From a candidate division WOR-3 bacterium (lineage in GTDB: Bacteria > Hydrothermota > 32-111): a stretch of 64,000 nucleotides of DNA. The notes below the pieces were generated by a model. The model was not told the origin of the DNA and did no database searches. It was given only the letters and a program-made list of their open reading frames with translations. This document shows, piece after piece, positions 49,862 through 62,489 of the stretch. The DNA lies in contig JBBFKX010000002.1 in the NCBI GenBank assembly GCA_037481815.1, forward strand, positions 160,001 to 224,000. Reading direction: 5' to 3'. Both the position numbers and the translations under genes were made by a program. The stretch's first letter is position 1. Each line of letters starts with the position of its first letter.

Positions 49862-50447
49862 TTATTTTCCTTGATGTTATAACACTATCAATGATTCCAT
49901 AATCTTTTGCCTCATCAGCACTCATCCAGAAATCTCTATCAGAATCAACCTCTATCTGTTTCAAATCTTTTCCTGTGTGAAGTGAGATTATCTCGTTGAG
50001 TTTCTGTTTTATTCTTAAAATCTCCTTTGCATGTATCTCTATATCTGATGCCTGTCCCTGAACTCCTCCCATCGGTTGATGTATCAGTATCCTTGAATTC
50101 GGTAAAGCGAACCTTTTTCCCTTTGCTCCAGCCATAAGTATAACAGCTGCCATACTCGCTGCAACTCCCATACAGATTGTTGATACATCACATTTGATAT
50201 ACTGCATCGTATCGTAGATCGCAAGTCCACTGCTAACTATTCCACCATTCGAGTTGATATAAAGGTTTATATCTTTATCTGGATTATCGGCTTCAAGAAA
50301 CAACATCTGTGCTATGATCAGATTCGCTGTCTCATCATCGATCGGTCCACCAAGAAAAATTATTCGATCAACAAGAAGTCGAGAGTATATATCGTATCCT
50401 CTCTCTCCTCTTCCAGTTCTTTCAACAACCATCGGAATAAGAGTCAT
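49848..50447 (-). CDS. clpP: ATP-dependent Clp protease proteolytic subunit
   Basis: DIYSRLL, AASMAA, IHQP, DRDFWM. Confidence 0.98.
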   Translation of the reverse strand: MTLIPMVVERTGRGERGYDIYSRLLVDRIIFLGGPIDDETANLIIAQMLFLEADNPDKDINLYINSNGGIVSSGLAIYDTMQYIKCDVSTICMGVAASMAAVILMAGAKGKRFALPNSRILIHQPMGGVQGQASDIEIHAKEILRIKQKLNEIISLHTGKDLKQIEVDSDRDFWMSADEAKDYGIIDSVITSRKINEKK

Positions 50448-50466
50448 AAAAACTCCTTTTTTAATT

Positions 50467-51705
50467 TTAAACTATTTCCACTCTGCTGTTTATAAGATCC
50501 ATCGCTTTATTGTAAATTATTGATTTTTCGATTTCCTCTCTCACACCTTCATCATCTGCCATCTCTCTCACTTTTGAGTTTGGATGCTGTTTTATTTTGT
50601 TTATTTCATCCTGAATCTCTTCCTCTGTTGCTTTTATATTTTCCTGCAAGGATATTCTTGTTAAGATTATCTCTCTCTTTGCTCTCCAGACAGCATAGTT
50701 AAGGTATAGTTCCTGAAGTTTTTCATCATTTTCAAACTCTTTTCTTCCTGAATTTTTCAAAGAGTTCAATATCGATTCAAGATGCATCTGAACAAGAGAT
50801 TTCGGTGGTTCAAAAGGATTCTGTTCTATAATATAGTTTATGATCTTCTCTTCCTTTTCAAGTTCATAATCTCTGTTAATATCGTTTTCAAGCCGTTTTC
50901 TTGTGATATCCTTCAAACTCTGAAAACTTTCAAATCCAAAGTTTTTAGCAAAAACTTCATCATCGTTTTCAACAATTTTTCTTTTGACCTGTTTTACATC
51001 TATTCCTATCGTTACCTTCTTTCCTTTGAGTAATTCATCCTGGTAATCCTCAGGATACTGATAATCGAATTCTACTTTATCTCCCCTCTTTTTACCCTTT
51101 AAATTTTCTATGAAAACAGGAAGTATCTCTCCTTCAGTTAATTCGATCGAAAAATCTTTATAGTTTAAATCCTCGATCTCTTTTCCATCTTGATCTTTAA
51201 AACTCAAATCGACTATCGCAATGTCTCCTATCTCTATTTCACCTTCTTTATCCTCAATTTTTGCATAAAGATTTTTCAAAAGTTTTATATTGTTCTGTAT
51301 CATTTCATCATCAACATCTTTCTTTTTTATGTTTATTTTTATTTTGTCATAATTTTTGATCTCGATTTCTGGATAGATATCAAATTCAACAACAAAATTG
51401 ATTTTTTCAATCCCTTTTTCAACTTTTGAAACTACAGGTCTTGAAAGAATATGGAATTCCCTTTCTTTCAAAACATTTAAAAAACCTCTCTGAATGAGTT
51501 TTTCCTCTGTTTCCTCTTCTATCTGAGTTTTGTATTTACTTTCGATTAGATTCTCTGGAACTTTACCAGGTCTGAAGCCATCAATTTTAACTTCATTTTT
51601 GATTTCCTGTAAAACTCGTTTGTATTCAACAAGAAACTCTTCGTTGGTAAAACTTATGTTTAAAACAACATGCCAGTTTTCCTTCTGTTCAAAATTGTAT
51701 TCCAT
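50467..51705 (-). CDS. tig: Trigger factor
   Basis: DGFRPGKVP ribosome-binding motif; tig-clpP-clpX-lon order. Confidence 0.95.
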   Translation of the reverse strand: MEYNFEQKENWHVVLNISFTNEEFLVEYKRVLQEIKNEVKIDGFRPGKVPENLIESKYKTQIEEETEEKLIQRGFLNVLKEREFHILSRPVVSKVEKGIEKINFVVEFDIYPEIEIKNYDKIKINIKKKDVDDEMIQNNIKLLKNLYAKIEDKEGEIEIGDIAIVDLSFKDQDGKEIEDLNYKDFSIELTEGEILPVFIENLKGKKRGDKVEFDYQYPEDYQDELLKGKKVTIGIDVKQVKRKIVENDDEVFAKNFGFESFQSLKDITRKRLENDINRDYELEKEEKIINYIIEQNPFEPPKSLVQMHLESILNSLKNSGRKEFENDEKLQELYLNYAVWRAKREIILTRISLQENIKATEEEIQDEINKIKQHPNSKVREMADDEGVREEIEKSIIYNKAMDLINSRVEIV

Positions 51706-51724
51706 AAATACTCCTTATATTTTA

Positions 51725-51806
51725 TGCGAAAGGGGGGAGTTGAACCCCCACAGTGTTACCTACTGGATCCTAAGTCCAGCGCGTCTGCCAATTCCGCCAC
51801 TTTCGC
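51725..51806 (-). tRNA. tRNA-Leu (anticodon UAG), CCA not encoded
   Basis: GCGAAAG/CUUUCGC acceptor stem, CUGGA-CUUAGGA-UCCAG anticodon arm, long variable arm, GGUUCAAC T-loop. Confidence 0.96.
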
Positions 51807-51820
51807 GGATTTAATTTTTT

Positions 51821-51849
51821 ATTTTATATAATAAAATTATATCTGTCAA
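51821..51849 (-). promoter_or_regulatory. Putative promoter of tRNA-Leu-tig operon
   Basis: TTGACA-N17-TAAAAT. Confidence 0.65.
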
Positions 51850-51883
51850 TAATGATGGGAACTATGTAAAGTAAAAAAATCAG

Positions 51884-52864
51884 TTATTTTACCCTATCAA
51901 GATTTTCCTTATATTTTTTTGTATCCTCGTTATTTTCACCATTCTCTTTTTTGGATAGATCGTAGGCTTTCTGATAATACTTTTTAGCATCCGATTTTTT
52001 CCCTAACTTTTCATAAGCAAGACCCATATTGTTATAAGTATTTGCAAGTTCAATGTTATTTTTCGACTTCTCAAAAACCTCAGTAGCCTTTTTATAATAT
52101 TCAAGGGCTTTATTGTATTCACCCGTATAATCGTATAACACACCATAGTCGTTGTATGTTACACCTAATTGATTGTTATTGTACCCACCATTAACCTTTA
52201 AAACACTTAGAGATTTTTCAAAATATGGTTGTGCACCTTCATAATCATCTGAATTTATATAAAGCCAGGCAAGTGTTCTATAATCTACACCAACAAGGGT
52301 ATCATTTTTTCCATAAGTTTTTTCTTCAACCTCTATCATTTTTTTCATATATTTTATAGCGTTAGGATAATCATAAGCGTATTCATAAATCTGATAAAGA
52401 TCATAGTAAGGCATAATAAGATTTTCGTTGTAATCACCATAACTGTTGTTTTCCTCAAACCAGTTTACTGCATCTAAGAGATTTTCAGTTGCAAGATCAT
52501 CGTAAAAATAATCAAAATAAAGATCTCCAAGATTTGTTTTAACTATCGCAACATTCTTCTTCTCAGCATCACCACTCGCTTTGAAGGCGGTTATACTTTT
52601 ATTGAAATATGTTTCAGATTCATCAAACTTATCAAGTTTTTTCGATATGAGTCCAAGGATATTGTAAGCATGTCCTGCCTCAACACTTTTTGAATCATAC
52701 TTATTTAAAGTGTAATCGAGTAATTCTTGCGCTTTTTTATATCCCATCTCATAGTTTCCATTTGTGTAATAATTGTTTACGGTATCATATTTATCCTGCC
52801 ATTCATCAGCAAAAGCAAAAAGAGTAAAAATTAACATAATAACCAAAACAAAAAACTTTTTCAT
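51884..52864 (-). CDS. Secreted TPR-repeat protein
   Basis: Signal peptide ending FAFA; TPR units (AYNILGLI, TYNDYGVLY, TYNNMGLAY). Confidence 0.85.
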   Translation of the reverse strand: MKKFFVLVIMLIFTLFAFADEWQDKYDTVNNYYTNGNYEMGYKKAQELLDYTLNKYDSKSVEAGHAYNILGLISKKLDKFDESETYFNKSITAFKASGDAEKKNVAIVKTNLGDLYFDYFYDDLATENLLDAVNWFEENNSYGDYNENLIMPYYDLYQIYEYAYDYPNAIKYMKKMIEVEEKTYGKNDTLVGVDYRTLAWLYINSDDYEGAQPYFEKSLSVLKVNGGYNNNQLGVTYNDYGVLYDYTGEYNKALEYYKKATEVFEKSKNNIELANTYNNMGLAYEKLGKKSDAKKYYQKAYDLSKKENGENNEDTKKYKENLDRVK

Positions 52865-52887
52865 TTCTCCTCCTTCTGTTAAAAAAG

Positions 52888-53076
52888 TTATTTTTTGTTA
52901 CAGGTGTTTATTTTAAAGGGAACATAGAGAAGACAAAAACCTGTTATTGCGGTTATAAGTAATATTCCCCCAAAAATGTAAAAGATCCATAATTTTGTAA
53001 TATAACCTATCACAGTAAAAATTAATGAGAGAACTATCCTGATTATCCTATCGATCTTTCCAACATTACATTTCAT
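52888..53076 (-). CDS. DUF2892 (YgaP-like) small membrane protein
   Basis: MKCNVGKIDRIIR...TAITGFCLLY...INTC; AGGAGG SD. Confidence 0.88.
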   Translation of the reverse strand: MKCNVGKIDRIIRIVLSLIFTVIGYITKLWIFYIFGGILLITAITGFCLLYVPFKINTCNKK

Positions 53077-53093
53077 TTTTCCTCCTTTAAAAA

Positions 53094-53432
53094 TCATCCT
53101 GGTGGCCAGTTCATCTTTCTTCCACCAAGGATATGGAAATGAAGATGAAAAACTGACTGCCCCGCTTCTGTTCCAACATTCGAAACGACTCTATAACTTT
53201 CAAGACCGACTTTTTTCGCAACTTTTGAAATATTTTCAACCAAAACACTTATCAAGTTTTTGTCATCCTCATCTATCTTATCGATCGATTCAATATGTTT
53301 TTTGGGTATAAGGAGTATGTGAACCGGTGCCTGTGGAGAGATATCCTTAAAAGCTATACACAGATCATCCTCATAAACGATCTGAGAATTTATCTCCTTT
53401 TTTGCGATTTTACAAAAAATACAATCAGTCAT
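53094..53432 (-). CDS. hinT: Histidine triad (HIT) nucleotide-binding protein
   Basis: DCIFCKI, PQAPVHILLIPK, GQSVFHLHFHILGG. Confidence 0.93.
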   Translation of the reverse strand: MTDCIFCKIAKKEINSQIVYEDDLCIAFKDISPQAPVHILLIPKKHIESIDKIDEDDKNLISVLVENISKVAKKVGLESYRVVSNVGTEAGQSVFHLHFHILGGRKMNWPPG

Positions 53433-54108
53433 TCTTTGCCCCTTTGAGATAATGTATTATTGAAAGAAAAGCAACCGCAAAAGTTTCGGTTCTTAATACA
53501 GCAACATCAAAGAAGAAAGGTTTTACTCCATTTTTTATCAAGAACTCCTCCTCCTCTTTTGTGAATCCCGAAGGTGGTCCAATAAAAATATTAACAGATT
53601 CGCTTTTAAATTCAATAGTTTTTTTTGTCTTGTTCTCAAGTGAACCAAAAAATGAATCGATACTCCTATCAAAATCAAGTTTAAAAAGTTCTACTGGTTC
53701 ATTGTAAACTGGAACTTTAAACCTTCTTGATTGTTTTACAGCAGATTTCAAGATTGAAAAAACTCGATCCTTTTTCAAAGGATATTTTTCACTTTTTTGT
53801 GTTATAACAGGATTGAAAGATCTAACACCAAGTTCAGTGCATTTTTCAAAAATAAACTTCATCCTGTTTTTATCACATAATCCAAAATAGAGGTTTACAA
53901 ATTCATTTTCATTCGAATGATCAACCTTGATCAATTCATATATGTTACCATTCTTATCAACAGTACCAGAATACAGTATTCCATCCCCTGTTGTGAACAA
54001 TATTTTTGAAGGAACTCTTATCCTGTAAACTGTAAGGTGGTGCAGTTCATCTTCTGGAAGAAAAAATTTTTCACCTTTTTTTTCTGCAAAAAAAATCGGT
54101 TCAACCAT
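53425..54108 (-). CDS. rsmE: 16S rRNA (uracil-1498-N3) methyltransferase
   Basis: HHLTVYR, EKCTELGV, AVKQSRR, IGPPSGF, LRTET; follows dnaJ with a TGATG overlap. Confidence 0.88.
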   Translation of the reverse strand: MVEPIFFAEKKGEKFFLPEDELHHLTVYRIRVPSKILFTTGDGILYSGTVDKNGNIYELIKVDHSNENEFVNLYFGLCDKNRMKFIFEKCTELGVRSFNPVITQKSEKYPLKKDRVFSILKSAVKQSRRFKVPVYNEPVELFKLDFDRSIDSFFGSLENKTKKTIEFKSESVNIFIGPPSGFTKEEEEFLIKNGVKPFFFDVAVLRTETFAVAFLSIIHYLKGAKND

Positions 54109-55229
54109 CAAAGAATCTTTTCAAGTTCTTTCAAAAGATTTTTTACTCTTAAATCGACATTTTGTGGAACCTCAATGTTGACTTTCACAAGTAAATCTCC
54201 AACTTTTTTTGGATTATTCGGATCGGGTAAACCTTTTCCCTTAATAACAAAAGTTTTTCCTGATTCGGTCCCCTGTGGGATTTTCAACTTTATCTTTTTA
54301 CCATCTATTGTATCAATCGTGACTTCACCACCTAAAACCGCTGTTGGGTATTTGATATAAATTTCAGTTTTGAGATTATCATCCTCTCGAACAAATCTTT
54401 TGTGTGGAACCTCCTGAAAAACGATGATAAGATCACCATATCTGCCACCATTTTTTCCAGCATTTCCCTCTCCCTGTATTCTCATATAAGAGTTATCGTA
54501 AACCCCGGCAGGTATATCAACTTTCACACTGTGCTCAACTTTAACAACACCTTCTCCAAAACAATCTTTACACTTTTTACCAACAACCTTTCCATCTCCT
54601 GAACATGTCGGACATGTTGCGACCTGAACTATTGTTCCAAACATCGATTGTTTCTTATATTTCCTCTGCCCTGTTCCTTTACAATCCGGACAAACCGTGA
54701 TATCTGTTCCACCTTTACCATCACATGTTTTACACTTCTCATATCTTGTATATTTTAAAGTTTTTGTGGTTCCAGAATATATCTCTTCAAGAGTTAATCT
54801 CAAATTTATTTTTATATCTTTACCTTTTCGCTCCTGTTCATAATATTTTTCACTTCTTCTTTCGGAAAACCCTCCACCGAACAGATCCTCAAAAATAGAC
54901 GAACCAAAACCTCCCCTTGAACCAAAGAACTCTTTAAAGATATCTGAAATATCCTCAGCGTGAGAAAAATCCTGCCAGCTGAAACCACCCTGACTGAACT
55001 GACCGGATACTCCTTCATATCCATAGGTATCATAGAGTTTTCTTTTTTCAGGATCGATCAGAACCTCATACGCCTCCGATATCTCTTTAAACTTTTTTTC
55101 AGCTTCCTCTTTGTTGTCCTTGTTCAGATCAGGATGATATTTTTTCGCAAGCGCCCGATACGCCTTTTTTATTTCCTCGGGCGTTGCGTTTCTATCAACA
55201 TTTAAAATTTTATAGTAATCCTTTTCCAT
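54108..55229 (-). CDS. dnaJ: Chaperone DnaJ
   Basis: HPD motif, G/F region, four CxxCxGxG repeats. Confidence 0.97.
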   Translation of the reverse strand: MEKDYYKILNVDRNATPEEIKKAYRALAKKYHPDLNKDNKEEAEKKFKEISEAYEVLIDPEKRKLYDTYGYEGVSGQFSQGGFSWQDFSHAEDISDIFKEFFGSRGGFGSSIFEDLFGGGFSERRSEKYYEQERKGKDIKINLRLTLEEIYSGTTKTLKYTRYEKCKTCDGKGGTDITVCPDCKGTGQRKYKKQSMFGTIVQVATCPTCSGDGKVVGKKCKDCFGEGVVKVEHSVKVDIPAGVYDNSYMRIQGEGNAGKNGGRYGDLIIVFQEVPHKRFVREDDNLKTEIYIKYPTAVLGGEVTIDTIDGKKIKLKIPQGTESGKTFVIKGKGLPDPNNPKKVGDLLVKVNIEVPQNVDLRVKNLLKELEKIL

Positions 55230-55235
55230 CTTTTA

Positions 55236-57775
<2,540 letters not shown>

Positions 57776-57800
57776 AGTATTTCCCTATCTTTTTTATGTT

Positions 57801-57828
57801 AATTTAATTTAAGTTTCCTTCCTGTCAA
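57801..57828 (-). promoter_or_regulatory. Putative promoter of grpE-dnaK-dnaJ
   Basis: TTGACA-N16-TAAATT (weak -10). Confidence 0.4.
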
Positions 57829-57831
57829 GGT

Positions 57832-60477
57832 TTAATTTATAAAAGTAAATTTTTTCGTTAGAACTCTTTCAGGCAGTTCAACCCTTATGAAATATATTCC
57901 ATTACGAAGTTCAGGATTCAAAATCAACTCAGTTTTGTCCTTAACAAAATAAGAAGAAGTTAAATAAACTAACCTTCCGGAACTATCATAAATTTTAATT
58001 TTAGCAAACACACTTTTATCGGTTATATAATTTATCTTTACCTTCCCGGAAGTGTAAAATTCAAGATGAAATTGAAAATCTTTAAATTCGAGTTTTTCAT
58101 CAAGAGTATAGTAAGGTGAAAACTTTGCAAAGAAAACACCATATTCGTTATCTGAAATAAAAACTCTTTTTGAAAGTGTATCTACCAAAACTTTTTCAAC
58201 TCTGTTATTTGGATAAAAACTTGATATTTCATTAAGTCCTTCAAATGTATATATCCCAAAACCTTTTGTGTTGTTATAACCTACAAGACCATTTTCAATA
58301 AGAGACAACCTGTTCGTTGTTCCAATATTTTTGCTTTCAACAAAAACGGGATTCAAAGGATCTGTGATGTTATATCTTACAATTCCTGAATTTACAGCCG
58401 CAAGATAAAGATTGTTATCTTTTATTTCACAGAAGGATTCATTATAACTTGTTGAGAATAGTGATATTTTTGTAACACCATTTGAAGGATAAGATGTTTT
58501 CATGATATAGATTCCGTTCAGAAGATCGGTTAGATAAAATATAGAATCCACTATAGCGGTTGAGGTATAATATTTAAGAGTTCCCTCACTGAAACTTCCA
58601 GCATTTTCAAACTTATAATCAGATTTGATATTTAAAACATAGAAAACCGATTGGGTTGTCAGAAATATAACATTATCTTTAATATCTAAATCTGAAATAT
58701 TCTGAACAACTTTAAACGAATCTATCAAGGAAGTTGAATTCAGATTAAAAGTGTGTATGGAGTTGTCGGTTACTAAAACAAAAATCGAATCGTTAATCAT
58801 TTTAAATCTTTTGTAGTTACGGCCATCATAATATATCTGTGAAACTTCAATAAGAGTTGTGTCCGAAAGATCAAGTTCATACAAGCCATAAGTTCCTGCA
58901 CAAACCCATACGTTTCCATTTACAAAATCGATATCGTATGTATTCGATAGATCAAAAGTATAAGATTTCAAATTGATATTGTTTGTGTCAGAACAATCTA
59001 TTATGTTCAAAGGATTGTAAACACCATCCGTAGCGATCAAAGAGGATAAAATGTTATAAAATTCTGCTGAGATATGGACCTGCCCTGAAATTTCTGGTGT
59101 AAAGTATGAGAAAGTATCAAAAGTTTCATTTATAAAATTTTTTGTTGTAAAATTGTTATTCGTCCAGTAAAGTTTTGTTGAAAAGAGTGAATCAGAGATA
59201 TTTTTAAAATAAATTTTTCCTTTTAATCCCTTAAAATATTTTCTGCTATTAATATTAAGGTTACCTGTTCTAAAACTGTTACCACCTGCAGGTTTAACTT
59301 CATAAACACAGGAATAGGATAATTCTCCATTGACATAGGTGTAAAGATTCCAGAAAGGTTCAGTGTAATCCCATGTGTTATGTACCTGCACAAGAGTATC
59401 TGTTCCACCATCATCATAACCTATTCCAACAACAGAGTGACCGATATATTCTCCCTGATAGTAATAGTTTAAAACAGCCCAATGCACAGGTCTTATCGAA
59501 TCGATTTCATTTTTTATATATCTATAAAAAAAGGTATCAGAAGTTTGACCATAAACATGTTGTCCTAAAGTAAACGAATATGGATGGTTTGTGTTCGCAA
59601 AAGTTGAATGTGCAGGTTTTATACTGTAAACAGATGTCCCACCTTCGTAAATCGAATCGGTATTCATAAGTATTGCAAGTTGTCTCTGTGTAGAGGGAAC
59701 ATTGTATCTATACGAGCCCAAAACATTATCATACCTTGTAAAGTAATAATCTACAAAATCACCATATCCTCTGGTATCATAATAGGAAAAGATCATAGCA
59801 GAAGATGTTGGAGAACATCCATAGGACCATAGAACAAAAGGAACATCTGGAATATAGTTTGTCGATTTTTTATCAGAAATTTTATATTCTCCTTTTAACA
59901 CCTTTTGCCATTTATCACTTATAACATCATTTTTTTTAAAACCAATTTTTTTGTATGTTTTATAAGTTGCAAGATCGAGAACACCATCTTTGTTTTCATA
60001 AAAGAATCTGCCAAAACCTGCATAGTATAAAGTTTTTCCATCTTCTAAATTGAAATATCGTTTTAATTTTTTCCAGTTTGTTATGAAATATGGGATCCCT
60101 TGTGAATACTCAAGGATCACGTTGTTTTCCTTCCTTGCAGAAATTATGATATAACCAACCCTATCTTTAAATGATAAAATTTCTCCATAAAAATTTTTAT
60201 TTTCAAGATCTTCTATTTGAACTAACAAACTATTAAAATCAACTTTTTCATCATATGAAAAGAAAAACATGTATGCGTAAAGATGATCATCGAGGTATGA
60301 AAGGTATAAAGGTTCTTCATTTAAAATGTACTTTGAATCCAAACTTTTGACTTTTGAAAGAGCAATATTCATGGCAGTTTGAAGATCCACAAAATTATCT
60401 TCGATAACAGGTATTTTAAACTGGGCAAAGATCGATATCGCGATGAGCGGGAACAAAAAAACAAAAAATTTTTTCAT
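57832..60477 (-). CDS. Secreted papain-fold cysteine peptidase (C10/C39-like) with beta-propeller-like repeats and T9SS-type CTD
   Basis: Signal peptide; GCSPTSSAM (Cys), GHSVVGIGY (His), VHNTW (Asn); LVIVD-like beta repeats; CTD IYDSSGRLV...NGIYFIRV...TKKF. Confidence 0.78.
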   Translation of the reverse strand: MKKFFVFLFPLIAISIFAQFKIPVIEDNFVDLQTAMNIALSKVKSLDSKYILNEEPLYLSYLDDHLYAYMFFFSYDEKVDFNSLLVQIEDLENKNFYGEILSFKDRVGYIIISARKENNVILEYSQGIPYFITNWKKLKRYFNLEDGKTLYYAGFGRFFYENKDGVLDLATYKTYKKIGFKKNDVISDKWQKVLKGEYKISDKKSTNYIPDVPFVLWSYGCSPTSSAMIFSYYDTRGYGDFVDYYFTRYDNVLGSYRYNVPSTQRQLAILMNTDSIYEGGTSVYSIKPAHSTFANTNHPYSFTLGQHVYGQTSDTFFYRYIKNEIDSIRPVHWAVLNYYYQGEYIGHSVVGIGYDDGGTDTLVQVHNTWDYTEPFWNLYTYVNGELSYSCVYEVKPAGGNSFRTGNLNINSRKYFKGLKGKIYFKNISDSLFSTKLYWTNNNFTTKNFINETFDTFSYFTPEISGQVHISAEFYNILSSLIATDGVYNPLNIIDCSDTNNINLKSYTFDLSNTYDIDFVNGNVWVCAGTYGLYELDLSDTTLIEVSQIYYDGRNYKRFKMINDSIFVLVTDNSIHTFNLNSTSLIDSFKVVQNISDLDIKDNVIFLTTQSVFYVLNIKSDYKFENAGSFSEGTLKYYTSTAIVDSIFYLTDLLNGIYIMKTSYPSNGVTKISLFSTSYNESFCEIKDNNLYLAAVNSGIVRYNITDPLNPVFVESKNIGTTNRLSLIENGLVGYNNTKGFGIYTFEGLNEISSFYPNNRVEKVLVDTLSKRVFISDNEYGVFFAKFSPYYTLDEKLEFKDFQFHLEFYTSGKVKINYITDKSVFAKIKIYDSSGRLVYLTSSYFVKDKTELILNPELRNGIYFIRVELPERVLTKKFTFIN

Positions 60478-60486
60478 ATATCCCTC

Positions 60487-60825
60487 CTATTTGTTGGGGA
60501 TAACACAGATAAACTTGAAATCCTCTTCAAAAGGATTTTTAAATTGATGTATTTCGTTTGGTTCAACATAAACAAAATCGCCAACTCCTATTTCCCTTTC
60601 CCCCTCAGAGGAAACAACTATACCTTTTCCACTTTCAACTTTTACAAGGTGTTCAAAGTCATGAGTATGAAGGGGTGAATGTCCACCGGGTTTTACCGTA
60701 AAAAGCCGCATGATTATTCTTGTTGAACCTTCTTTTATTCCTATTGGAATCTGCCTTTCAACATTTTTTACACCATCATCTGTCACTATATCTTTTTTAA
60801 CATGATCGATATTGTTTATCTTCAT
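60487..60825 (-). CDS. Cupin domain protein
   Basis: PGGHSPLHTHDFEH and PNEIHQFKN; start ATG 60825 after GAGGAG. Confidence 0.9.
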   Translation of the reverse strand: MKINNIDHVKKDIVTDDGVKNVERQIPIGIKEGSTRIIMRLFTVKPGGHSPLHTHDFEHLVKVESGKGIVVSSEGEREIGVGDFVYVEPNEIHQFKNPFEEDFKFICVIPNK

Positions 60826-60826
60826 A

Positions 60827-61474
60827 TCAATACTCCTCATGTGGATCTTTTTGTTTTATCAACTTCTTGTAATTTTCACCATAATAATCTCTTGCCTTCA
60901 CAATCTTAATCTCTTTCATGTAATCACCTTTTGAGATTTTGTCTAAAACTTCAATCTTTTCAATTACCTGGCCGAAAACCGTATATTTCCCATCAAGATG
61001 TGGTGTTGAATCAAGACATATATAGAATTGACTACCTGCAGAGTTTGGATCCTGTGCTCTTGCCATAGCAACTGTCCCTTTGATATGCTTTATATCGTTA
61101 AATTCAGCATCTATAGTATAACCTGGCCCTCCCATGTTTGTATTATCGGGACTACCCGTCTGGATCACAAATTTTGGTTCCACCCGGAAAATTATCAATC
61201 CGTTGTAAAATTTTTTCAACGATAATGTTAGAAAATTTTTAACATGGTTTGGTGCCTTTTCAGGATAAAATCTTATAACCATCGTATCCTCTTCTTTTCC
61301 ATCTTTTGATTGCCATACGAATAAGGCAAGGTAATCTTTCTTAAAATCAAAATTTTTTAAAGGATCTATAGTTTTCGTTTCCATCTTCTCCTCTTTTTTT
61401 GTTTCATTTTTATCACATCCATAAAATGAAAAGATTAAAAAAATTATAAGAATGCTATAAACGATTCTTTTCAT
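60827..61474 (-). CDS. Cyclophilin-type peptidyl-prolyl isomerase, lipoprotein
   Basis: Lipobox FYG-C; APNHVKNF, FRVEPKFVIQTG, AMAR...SAGSQFYI, LDGKYTVFGQV. Confidence 0.92.
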   Translation of the reverse strand: MKRIVYSILIIFLIFSFYGCDKNETKKEEKMETKTIDPLKNFDFKKDYLALFVWQSKDGKEEDTMVIRFYPEKAPNHVKNFLTLSLKKFYNGLIIFRVEPKFVIQTGSPDNTNMGGPGYTIDAEFNDIKHIKGTVAMARAQDPNSAGSQFYICLDSTPHLDGKYTVFGQVIEKIEVLDKISKGDYMKEIKIVKARDYYGENYKKLIKQKDPHEEY

Positions 61475-61484
61475 TTTTAACCTC

Positions 61485-62465
61485 CTATTTTCTTAAGGTT
61501 ATAAGATAAAGATAAACAAGATAAGATATAAGCATAAAAAAAGAACCTTTTTTGCCTATAGAATGTTTTTTCCCAAGAAACATCAGTCCAAAAAGTAAAA
61601 AAGTTGAATACAGTAAAACTAAAATATCAAAGTTGAAAAACTGTTTATAGCCAACATTGTTTATCAAACTGGATATTCCAAGAATAAAAAGAATATTAAA
61701 AATGTTTGATCCGATGATATTTCCTATTGCAATATCACTATTCTTTTTATATGAAGCAACCGCAGATGTCACAAGTTCAGGTAGTGAAGTTCCAACAGCA
61801 ACAACCGTAAGAGAAATGAAAGCTTCTGAAATTTTTAAAAACCTTGCAATAAATATGGCAGAGGAAACAAAAAATTTTGCTGATACGAAAAGAAATATCA
61901 TTCCTGCAATTATGAAAAGAATAGATTTTCTAAAACTAAAAATTTTAATATTCTCTTCCACAACAGGTTCAACTTTTGCAATCTTTATAATATAGTATAA
62001 AAAAAATATAAAAAATATCAAAAACACCATACCTTCACTTCTTGATAGAGAGTTTGAAAAATCTGAACCATTTATAAGATCATCGTTTAAAAAAATAAAA
62101 AGAATAAAGGCGGCAAAGAAGGAAAAAGGAATCTCTTTATAGGTGGTGTTCTTTTTTACAACTATAGGATTTATAAGACCTGAAATACCAAGTATCAAAA
62201 GGATATTTGTGATGTTGGATCCGATTATGTTTCCCAAAACTATATCGTTATGTTTTGAAAAAGAGGAAATAATATTTATAACAAGTTCAGGTAACGATGT
62301 CCCCATTGAGACGAGAGTAAGACCGATAACTATCTGTGATACTTTGAAATGTTTCGCTATCGATGATGAACCAGCAACAAAAAAATCTGCCGACTTTATC
62401 AAAACAAAAAGCGAAACCAAACATATTATTACCTGTAAAAAAAACATAAAAAAATTATATACCAA
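61485..62465 (-). CDS. Na+/Ca2+ antiporter family protein (YrbG-like)
   Basis: Two alpha repeats GTSLPEL...GNIIGSNI. Confidence 0.92.
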   Translation of the reverse strand: MVYNFFMFFLQVIICLVSLFVLIKSADFFVAGSSSIAKHFKVSQIVIGLTLVSMGTSLPELVINIISSFSKHNDIVLGNIIGSNITNILLILGISGLINPIVVKKNTTYKEIPFSFFAAFILFIFLNDDLINGSDFSNSLSRSEGMVFLIFFIFFLYYIIKIAKVEPVVEENIKIFSFRKSILFIIAGMIFLFVSAKFFVSSAIFIARFLKISEAFISLTVVAVGTSLPELVTSAVASYKKNSDIAIGNIIGSNIFNILFILGISSLINNVGYKQFFNFDILVLLYSTFLLFGLMFLGKKHSIGKKGSFFMLISYLVYLYLITLRK

Positions 62466-62489
62466 TAAAATTTAAAGTAAATATGAAAA

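Noticed and set aside
51725..51883. tRNA-Leu as an integration site for an island
   Set aside because: No integrase, and I noticed no duplicated tRNA 3' end; tRNA-Leu-tig is an ordinary arrangement.
57776..57831. CIRCE operator or hrcA upstream of grpE-dnaK-dnaJ
   Set aside because: No TTAGCACTC-N9-GAGTGCTAA repeat in the gap and no hrcA gene in the window.
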